Assembly: GCA_033763315.1 (NCBI GenBank)
Contig: JANRKS010000007.1
Span: 320,001-384,000, forward strand
DNA from: Deltaproteobacteria bacterium
GTDB lineage: Bacteria > Myxococcota_A > Polyangia > Fen-1088
DNA length: 64,000 nt
Direction of reading: 5' to 3'
Positions within the stretch are counted from its first letter, which is position 1, and each line of letters begins with the position of its first letter. Positions 49,788 through 56,777 of the stretch are shown here, piece by piece. The position numbers and the translations under genes are program-made. The notes under the pieces were generated by a model. It saw only the letters and a list, made by a program, of their open reading frames with translations. It was not told the origin of the DNA and did not search any database.

Positions 49788-50802
49788 ATCTCACAGCAAA
49801 GAAACAACCCGCGAAGCCAACACCGATCGATCGACGGCGACGCGCTCCTTTTGGTCAGGGACTATCAGCTTCGGGCTGGTGAGCGTGCCCGTGGATTTGT
49901 TGGCGGCCAATCGTAGTTTGGTGCGCGGGCTGCGAATGCTTGGCCCCGAGGGGCAGCCATTGAAGCGCAAGTATATGTGCGCTCAAGAAGACGACGATAT
50001 CAGCACAGAGGATCTTGTGCGCGGTTACGAAGTGGAGCCTGGGCAATTTGTGGTCGTGACCGACGAAGAGTTGGAAGCGCTTGAACCTGACAAGAGCCGC
50101 GACATCGACTTGAACCGATTTGTGCCCAAGGATGAAATCTCCGCGGCGTTCTTTGAACGCGGCTATTTCTTGGTGCCCGCAGGCACCAGCAACAAGGCGT
50201 ACCGCCTGCTGGCGCACACCATGGAGAAGGCCGGCAAAGTCGGTATCGGCACATTCGTTATGCGCGGCAAGGCGTACCTTATGGCCATCTTTGCCGAAGG
50301 CGGCGTGCTGCACGGGCAGACGTTGCGTTTTTATGATGAACTCCGCAAACCCGAAGACATTGGTGTCACCCCTAAACATAAAGCTGATCCAAAGCTGGTG
50401 GCACAAATGACGAAGATCATCGAGAAGGCTGCAAGCGACGCTTTCACACCGGAGGAGATCCGGGACGAAGACGAGGCCACGGTGCGCTCCATCGCCGAAG
50501 AGAAGTACAAGCGCCAGGAGGACGTAATTGAGGTGGCGGGCGAAGAGGCTGATGCGGACGCCGATGAGACTAACGATTCTGAGGCGCTGCTTGACGCTCA
50601 GGAAGGCAAGCTTATCGATTTGATGGAAGTCTTACGCAAGCGTCTCGCCGAGAGCGAAAAGTCCAAGCGGAAAGAGCACAGGACGAAAGCGGCAAAGCGT
50701 CCGCAAAAGGCCAAGTCCACCAAGGCCAAGCAACCTAGAAATAAATCCGCGAAGGCACCTGCAAAGAAGACAACCACGAAGGTGCGGTCAAAGCGCGCCT
50801 AG
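49780..50802 (+). CDS. ku: NHEJ Ku protein (acidic insert, Lys-rich tail)
   Basis: RSFWSGTISFGLVSVPV, VRGYE, FERGYFLVP, DLMEVLRK; TTG start with AAGGAG RBS, overlapping ku1 stop. Confidence 0.95.
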   Translation: MPRSHSKETTREANTDRSTATRSFWSGTISFGLVSVPVDLLAANRSLVRGLRMLGPEGQPLKRKYMCAQEDDDISTEDLVRGYEVEPGQFVVVTDEELEALEPDKSRDIDLNRFVPKDEISAAFFERGYFLVPAGTSNKAYRLLAHTMEKAGKVGIGTFVMRGKAYLMAIFAEGGVLHGQTLRFYDELRKPEDIGVTPKHKADPKLVAQMTKIIEKAASDAFTPEEIRDEDEATVRSIAEEKYKRQEDVIEVAGEEADADADETNDSEALLDAQEGKLIDLMEVLRKRLAESEKSKRKEHRTKAAKRPQKAKSTKAKQPRNKSAKAPAKKTTTKVRSKRA

Positions 50803-50806
50803 CGCA

Positions 50807-52765
50807 TCACGAACGCACGCCAAGTTTATCCAATATCTCGGGCGAAAGCGCGACGCGCGCTTGCTCGAATCCGTGCCATGGATCTGCGCCCAGCTTATCC
50901 AGCCACATGGGGACTTGCTGGATGGAAGGCACAAGCGGCGCCTTATCGTTCTCTTGTACATGTTCCCAGCGCACAGGCAACGCCACCGGCGCGCCGGGTC
51001 GCGCGCGGGTGGAATACGAAGCCACCGCCGTGGCATCGCGCCCGTTGCGAAGATAATCGATCAGGATCTTTGCTTCGCGCCCCCGCTTCGTGATTTTCGC
51101 CGTAAAAAGTCCCGGAACTTTGCGCACGAATTCTTCGGCCACGGCCAATGAGAAGGCCTTGACTTGAGGCCACGACGCTTTGGGCTCAAGCGGCACAACG
51201 ACGTGGATGCCCTTACCGCCCGTGAAGCGCGGAAAGCTGGCGAGGCCCAGATGCTCCAAACGCTCACGGATCGCCAAGGCGGTGACCATGGTTTGCTTCC
51301 ACGGCGCGCTCGGGCCGGGATCCAAGTCAAAGACAATGATGTCTGGTTTATCTAAGTGCTCTTCCGTGGCGCCCCACACGTGAAACTCAAGCACGCCGAT
51401 TTGCACCAACGAAACGAGCGAAGGCAGATCGTCAATCATCATGTAAGTTTCGTTCGCATCTTGTTTGCCATCGGGTGCCACGTTCACGCGCGGGATGGTC
51501 TTGGGTACCATACGGTTCGCGTGCTTTTGAAAGAAGCACTCCGCTTTGAAACCATCGGGGCAGCGAAGCAAGGTGAGGGGGCGCTTGCGGATGTACGGCA
51601 ACATGAAAGGTGCCACGCGCTCGTAATAGAGCGCCAAGTCCATCTTTGTAATGCCCACGTCCGGGTAAAGGACTTTATCGGGATGGCTGAGGCGCACGCC
51701 GGCAACCACGGGATCGCGTGATTTTGTGGCCGTCTTGGGCGTCGCTGTTTGTTCGGCTGCGATAGCCTTTGCCGCCACGGGCGCGGCCGGCAACTCACGC
51801 ACCACATCCTTGGCAGATTTGTCTGTTCGCAAACCTTGAAAGGAGCCATGGCGCACGGATCCGTCTTGCGTCCACTCGGCAAAGGCAACTTGCGCGACCA
51901 CTTCGGGGCGGACCCAATGAACGCCGCGCGCGGCGGCGCCACGCAAAGGGTTCGTCACCAGCGGGCGGGCAACCTCAAGGGGCTGCAGCTGTTTGTGCAG
52001 CGACTGCAGCGTGGCGCTTGAAAATCCTGTGCCCACCTTGCCGCGGTAGCGAAGTGTGGCGCCCTCGTAAACGCCCAGGAGCAGAGCGCCAAGGCCTTTG
52101 CGTGCACCTTCCGGATCGGTGAAACCCACAATGATGAACTCTTGCAACAGCAAGCATTTGACCTTGAGCCAGGAGCGGCTGCGTCCGCTTTGGTAAGGCG
52201 CATTGGCGAGCTTGCTGACGGTGCCTTCAAGACCCATGCGGCACGCTTCGGCATGCGTGGCGCCTCCGCCTCCCACAACGTGGTCGCTGTAGCGAATCGC
52301 TTTCTTCGAGCCGCCCAACAACTTGCGCAAGGTGGCTTTGCGATCAAGCAAGGTGCAAGCGCGCAAGTCATAGCCGTCGAGGTAGAGCAGATCGAAAGCG
52401 TAAAACATAATGTCTTCTCCCCGACCTTTCCCCAAGGCGTTCTGTAGATGCTGAAAGCGGCTTACGCCTGCCTTGTCCATCACCACGGCTTCGCCGTCGA
52501 CCAATGCGGTCTTGCACGGCAAAGCGGCAAACGCTTTGGCCAGCGCCTCGAAGGGGCCCGTCCAATCGTTGCCATTGCGGCTCGTGAGACTGACGTCACC
52601 GTCCTTAATCGCGACGAGCACACGGTAGCCGTCGAGCTTGATCTCGTGCACCCACTGTGACCCGGTGGGGGCCTGAGATACAAGGGTTGCCAGTTGCAGT
52701 TGTTTGAGCTTCGGCGGCGCGGTCGGTTTTGCGCCTGCCAGCTTGCTGAGTGGATTCTCCGCCAT
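50807..52765 (-). CDS. ligD: DNA ligase D (ATP-dependent ligase + primase/polymerase domains, no phosphoesterase domain)
   Basis: HEIKLDGYR, FDLL, EGTVSK, WLKVK, LSHPDKVLYP, FDLDPG, TGGKGIH, DYLRN. Confidence 0.96.
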   Translation of the reverse strand: MAENPLSKLAGAKPTAPPKLKQLQLATLVSQAPTGSQWVHEIKLDGYRVLVAIKDGDVSLTSRNGNDWTGPFEALAKAFAALPCKTALVDGEAVVMDKAGVSRFQHLQNALGKGRGEDIMFYAFDLLYLDGYDLRACTLLDRKATLRKLLGGSKKAIRYSDHVVGGGGATHAEACRMGLEGTVSKLANAPYQSGRSRSWLKVKCLLLQEFIIVGFTDPEGARKGLGALLLGVYEGATLRYRGKVGTGFSSATLQSLHKQLQPLEVARPLVTNPLRGAAARGVHWVRPEVVAQVAFAEWTQDGSVRHGSFQGLRTDKSAKDVVRELPAAPVAAKAIAAEQTATPKTATKSRDPVVAGVRLSHPDKVLYPDVGITKMDLALYYERVAPFMLPYIRKRPLTLLRCPDGFKAECFFQKHANRMVPKTIPRVNVAPDGKQDANETYMMIDDLPSLVSLVQIGVLEFHVWGATEEHLDKPDIIVFDLDPGPSAPWKQTMVTALAIRERLEHLGLASFPRFTGGKGIHVVVPLEPKASWPQVKAFSLAVAEEFVRKVPGLFTAKITKRGREAKILIDYLRNGRDATAVASYSTRARPGAPVALPVRWEHVQENDKAPLVPSIQQVPMWLDKLGADPWHGFEQARVALSPEILDKLGVRS

Positions 52766-52784
52766 GAAATGCAGTTAGCCGTTG

Positions 52785-52800
52785 TGCAATGACCGTTCCA
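52785..52800 (-). promoter_or_regulatory. sigma54-type promoter of ligD
   Basis: Minus strand TGGAAC-GGTCA-TTGCA. Confidence 0.65.
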
Positions 52801-52915
52801 CCCTCGCCACCACCCTGCGGATGAACCGCGGCGAGACCCCGTAACAATGAAACGCTTACCGTCTCTGAAGGGGAACAATGCTTGAAACACCGCGGGTTGC
52901 GCCCGCTAAAAGTCA

Positions 52916-52931
52916 GGGCACAAGTGTTGCA
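52916..52931 (+). promoter_or_regulatory. sigma54-type promoter of the small Pro-rich gene
   Basis: GGGCAC-AAGTG-TTGCA. Confidence 0.7.
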
Positions 52932-52975
52932 ATAGCTCTCAGTCTCGATGGGGGCTTGTTGGAAAGGGAAACGTC

Positions 52976-53176
52976 ATGAAAAGCGCAATCGTCACCTTGT
53001 TGTTTGCTTTGAGCGCGCCTACGGGCGCGGCGACCATCCTGGACGATGATCTGGCGCCCACCGATGGCGGCACGCCGACGCCTCGGCCGCGGCCTGAGCC
53101 TATGCCCACGCCCAAACCACCCGCGCCGCCAAATCCGAATCCCAACCCGAATCCGCCGCCGCTTCCGCGCGCTTAG
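52976..53176 (+). CDS. Small secreted proline-rich protein
   Basis: Signal-peptide-like MKSAIVTLLFALSAPTGA, purine-rich RBS, PxPx/PNPN repeats. Confidence 0.6.
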   Translation: MKSAIVTLLFALSAPTGAATILDDDLAPTDGGTPTPRPRPEPMPTPKPPAPPNPNPNPNPPPLPRA

Positions 53177-53179
53177 TGG

Positions 53180-53195
53180 TGGCAGAGCGCTTGCA
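53180..53195 (+). promoter_or_regulatory. sigma54-type promoter of the SDR-adh operon
   Basis: TGGCAG-AGCGC-TTGCA. Confidence 0.7.
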
Positions 53196-53223
53196 CAATC
53201 GGCCTGCCTCACAAGGAGCGCGC

Positions 53224-54111
53224 ATGGAAAACGCCCAACACCAAGATCCACGGAACAAACACGAGTCGCCACCGTTTAACGAAGCGGAACAGGCGGTGCC
53301 AGGCAGCGAAGCCCAGATGCAACAAAAGCCTGATCACGGCGAGGCTTCTTACAAAGGCTTTGGCCGCTTGGCCGGCAAGGTTGCCTTGATCACCGGCGCC
53401 GACAGCGGCATCGGACGCGCCGTGGCTTTGGCGTTCGCGCGCGAAGGCGCTGACGTAGCGATTGCTTATCTATCTGAACATGAGGACGCCAAGGATACAC
53501 AGGCGCTGGTGGAAGAGGCTGGGCAGCGCGCGCTCATGCTTCCCGGCGATCTGGCGGACGAACAATATTGTCAGAACTTGGTGCAGCAGACGGTAGATCA
53601 CCTTGGGCACATAGACATCTTGGTCAACAACGCCGCGTACCAAGACAAAAGCGTTGAGTCGATCGATGAACTTACAGCGGAACGCTTGTTGCGCGCCTTT
53701 CAGGTGAACATCATTGCGATGTTTCATCTTGCAAAGGCGGCGCAAAAGCACATGCCGTCAGGAAGCACGATCATCAACACGGCCTCGATTCAAGCCTACC
53801 AGCCCACCCCGAGCATTCTGGATTACGCCACCACCAAGGGCGCGATCGTCACTTTCACCAAAGGCCTCGGGCAAGAGCTGATCAAAAAAGGCATTCGCGT
53901 GAACTGCGTGGCGCCGGGCCCTGTGTGGACGCCGCTCATCGCGCAATCGTTCCCCGAACAGAAGATCGAAAATTTTGGCAAAGACTCGCCGATGGGTCGG
54001 CCGGCTCAGCCCGCTGAAATGGCGCCGCTGTTTGTTTTTTTGGCGAGTGAGGAATCAAGTTACGTCAACGGCGCCATCTTGGCTGGCACCGGCGGCAAAC
54101 CATTGTCTTGA
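53224..54111 (+). CDS. General-stress SDR oxidoreductase (YghA/YdaD-like)
   Basis: PDHGEASYKG.GRL.GK.ALITGADSGIG, YATTK, APGPVWTPL; RBS AGGAG. Confidence 0.94.
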   Translation: MENAQHQDPRNKHESPPFNEAEQAVPGSEAQMQQKPDHGEASYKGFGRLAGKVALITGADSGIGRAVALAFAREGADVAIAYLSEHEDAKDTQALVEEAGQRALMLPGDLADEQYCQNLVQQTVDHLGHIDILVNNAAYQDKSVESIDELTAERLLRAFQVNIIAMFHLAKAAQKHMPSGSTIINTASIQAYQPTPSILDYATTKGAIVTFTKGLGQELIKKGIRVNCVAPGPVWTPLIAQSFPEQKIENFGKDSPMGRPAQPAEMAPLFVFLASEESSYVNGAILAGTGGKPLS

Positions 54112-54132
54112 ACAAGGAAAGCACAAAGCACT

Positions 54133-54366
54133 ATGAGAAACGGCATCAAAGAAACACCTCAAACCGAAGATCTCATCGATAACACGATCGAGGATTCTTT
54201 TCCCGCCAGCGACCCGCCGTCGTGGACGGCAGGCACGCGGCACAGCCCCGCCCACCAACCTCAGGAACAGAGCAACCTACGTCGCTTTGTCCGACCCACG
54301 CTTTATGCATTGGCAGGCGTGGGAGTGGTCCTGGGCGTGTTGTGGTGGCTTCAGAAGGATGATTGA
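54133..54366 (+). CDS. Small membrane-anchored protein with DSFPASDPPSW motif
   Basis: IEDSFPASDPPSWT motif, C-terminal TM, RBS AAGGA. Confidence 0.8.
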   Translation: MRNGIKETPQTEDLIDNTIEDSFPASDPPSWTAGTRHSPAHQPQEQSNLRRFVRPTLYALAGVGVVLGVLWWLQKDD

Positions 54367-54401
54367 TCACACGGGCGCTTGCTAGGGCGGGAAGAATTCA
54401 C

Positions 54402-55550
54402 ATGTTAGCAATGTCATATCTGGGTCCAAAGAAGGTGAAGGCAGTGAAGAAGCCCGATCCAAAAATCATGCATCCGAACGATGTGGTGCTGAAGGTAACA
54501 AGAAGCGCTATCTGCGGTTCAGACATTCACCTTTACTGTGGCCTGGTAGCCGACACACGCGTGGGCACCACGTTTGGGCACGAATTTACAGGCGTCGTGC
54601 AAGAGGTGGGATCGTCCGTCGAAAGCCTCAAGGTGGGCGATCGCATCATGGTGCCTTTCAATATCTCTTGTGGCCGCTGTTACTACTGTCAGCGTTCGTT
54701 GTTCGGTAACTGTGAGCTTACCAATCCCAGCGCCACTGTGGCGTCGGGTGTGTTTGGTTACAGTCACACGACGGGCGGATACGAGGGTGGACAGGCGCAG
54801 TATGTGAGGGTGCCGTTCGCCGACGTGGGTCCCATGAAGATCCCCGATGACATGCACGACGAGGACGTCTTGTTCCTGACCGATGCGTTTCCCACGGGAT
54901 ACATGGCGGCAGAAATGGGATCGATTCGACCGGGAGACACGGTCGTGGTGTTCGGCTCTGGACCCGTGGGCCTGTTCGCAGCGAAATCGGCCTTCTTAAT
55001 GGGTGCGGGGCGCGTGATCGTTGTGGACCGCTTGAACTATCGTCTCGAATTCGCGCAAGGCTACACCGGTTGCGAAACCGTCAACTTTGAAGAGGTGGAC
55101 GACATCGTCGTAACGCTTAAGAAGATGACAGAGGGCCGGGGCGCCGATGTTTGCATCGACGCCGTGGGTTTGGACGCCGCAGGCTCCAATTTCCAAAGCT
55201 TCACTGGCAAAGTGATGATGATGCAAGCGGGTGCCGCAACGGCGATTGATTGGGCCATCGACAGCGTTCGCAAAGCGGGGCACGTATCCATCGTGGGTGT
55301 CTATGGTCCGCCATGGAACTTGATCCCGATCGGCACGGCCATGAACAAGGGCCTCACCCTGCGGATGAACCAGTGTCACGTTAAACGGTACATGCCGCAT
55401 CTACTGCAGCTGGTGCGCGAAGGCCACGTTGACCCCAAAGCTGTCATCACCCATCGAGCTGGCATTGAAGAGGTGGAAGACGCGTATCACATCTTCGCCA
55501 ACAAGAAGGAAAATTGCATTAAACCCATATTGGCTCCTAACGGGATTTAG
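54402..55550 (+). CDS. Zn-dependent alcohol/formaldehyde dehydrogenase (YbdR-like MDR)
   Basis: ICGSDIH, GHEF, CGRCYYC...C, GYSHTTGGYEGGQAQYVRVP, GSGPVG. Confidence 0.94.
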   Translation: MLAMSYLGPKKVKAVKKPDPKIMHPNDVVLKVTRSAICGSDIHLYCGLVADTRVGTTFGHEFTGVVQEVGSSVESLKVGDRIMVPFNISCGRCYYCQRSLFGNCELTNPSATVASGVFGYSHTTGGYEGGQAQYVRVPFADVGPMKIPDDMHDEDVLFLTDAFPTGYMAAEMGSIRPGDTVVVFGSGPVGLFAAKSAFLMGAGRVIVVDRLNYRLEFAQGYTGCETVNFEEVDDIVVTLKKMTEGRGADVCIDAVGLDAAGSNFQSFTGKVMMMQAGAATAIDWAIDSVRKAGHVSIVGVYGPPWNLIPIGTAMNKGLTLRMNQCHVKRYMPHLLQLVREGHVDPKAVITHRAGIEEVEDAYHIFANKKENCIKPILAPNGI

Positions 55551-55562
55551 TGGGGAACGACC

Positions 55563-55994
55563 ATGGAAAGAACATTTTCAATACCCTCTTCGGGACGGCC
55601 TTTGCCCGTGGACGCAGATGTATCAAGACGGCCAGGAGTGCCTATGCTGGTCGACAACCCGCAGCCCTATTCAGCCGTTGCTGGGACGCCTTTGCAATGG
55701 CAACGCCAGGATGGCACCGAGGTGCTGATGGGGGTGGAAGAACGTATCAGCACCATGAACACCGTAGGTGCGGAAATCACGCCCGTTTACGGCAACAGCG
55801 TCAACCCACGCTGGCTGTCGGGCTTCATCCGCCGCCGCGGCTATAGCATCCCGGAACACAATGCGGCCCGCTGGCTGCTCTTGATGTTGGGCGATCGAGT
55901 GGATGTGATCGAAAGCAAGATCGCCCGGCATCCGCTTCGGACGGTCGCCTTGCTGGCCGGCGCGTTCTATTTTTGGAACCGACGCCGCGACTAA
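55563..55994 (+). CDS. Conserved-looking hypothetical protein
   Basis: TPVYG..PRWLSGFIRRRGY.IPEH...WLLLMLGDRVDV motif; 12 bp after the adh stop. Confidence 0.78.
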   Translation: MERTFSIPSSGRPLPVDADVSRRPGVPMLVDNPQPYSAVAGTPLQWQRQDGTEVLMGVEERISTMNTVGAEITPVYGNSVNPRWLSGFIRRRGYSIPEHNAARWLLLMLGDRVDVIESKIARHPLRTVALLAGAFYFWNRRRD

Positions 55995-56030
55995 GCACCA
56001 TGCCGATACCTCGGGCGCGTTCCCAGTCAT

Positions 56031-56046
56031 TGGCCACACACTTGCA
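56031..56046 (+). promoter_or_regulatory. sigma54-type promoter of the Gly/Ser-rich gene
   Basis: TGGCCA-CACAC-TTGCA. Confidence 0.65.
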
Positions 56047-56106
56047 GTCTGCTCACGTACCGGCTCTGCACGACAGAGCCGCAAGTGGAGAAAGACAGGA
56101 GCGGAT

Positions 56107-56667
56107 ATGCAAATGAAAATTCTAAAACTCATTCATGTGGCGGTGTACTCATCGACGTTAGCGTTGGGAGGCGTAGCATTCGCGCAATCGGGTACGGGCT
56201 CGGGCAGCACAGGTTCCGGTAGCGTGGGCTCGGGCAGCACAGGCTCGGGTTCCTCTGGCAGCGGCAGTTCGGGTAGCGTCAACCGGCGCCCACGTGACGG
56301 ATCAGGTTCGGGCTCGACGGGCTCGGGCTCAACGGGCACGCCAGGCTCGGGCACAGGTTCGACTGGCTCAGGCAGCACTGGTTCGGGCACCACGGGCTCA
56401 GGTCACGGCACGGGTTCAACAGGTTCGGGTCCCGGCACGGGTTCAACAGGTTCGGGCACGGGCCCCGGGAGCAGCGGATCGAACACCGGGTCAGGCACCA
56501 CGGGCCGTGGCGCGGGTGACACCGCCGGTTCGCGCAGTGGCTCGCGAGGCTCGTCGGGTTCGGGTTCAACTGGCTCGGGATCATCGGGTTCGGGTTCAAC
56601 CGGCTCGGGATCATCGGGTTCGGGTAGCGGTTCAACAGGCTCGGGTTCAGGGTCTTCGGGCCGCTAG
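56107..56667 (+). CDS. Secreted Gly/Ser/Thr-rich repeat protein (GSGST repeats)
   Basis: RBS AGGAG; signal peptide ending AFA|Q; about 160 aa of GSGS(T/S) units; synonymous variation between units; TAG followed by TGA. Confidence 0.85.
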   Translation: MQMKILKLIHVAVYSSTLALGGVAFAQSGTGSGSTGSGSVGSGSTGSGSSGSGSSGSVNRRPRDGSGSGSTGSGSTGTPGSGTGSTGSGSTGSGTTGSGHGTGSTGSGPGTGSTGSGTGPGSSGSNTGSGTTGRGAGDTAGSRSGSRGSSGSGSTGSGSSGSGSTGSGSSGSGSGSTGSGSGSSGR

Positions 56668-56777
56668 TGAAAGTGTGGATTGGGGGCAGGGGTCGCACGG
56701 TTAGCTGCTGCGCCTCTGCCCTTTGCATTGAGGAGATCTATGCTGAGAAAGACCGGTGTGGTGTGGACGCCGGACTT

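Noticed and set aside
54364-54385. Possible sigma54 promoter (CTTGCT) before the Zn-dehydrogenase
   Set aside because: No GG at -24; the gene is more likely co-transcribed from 53180.
56185-56660. Tandem DNA repeats (GGCTCGGGCAGCACAGG-like) as CRISPR or VNTR
   Set aside because: In-frame 15-nt coding units with synonymous variation, no unique spacers and no cas genes.
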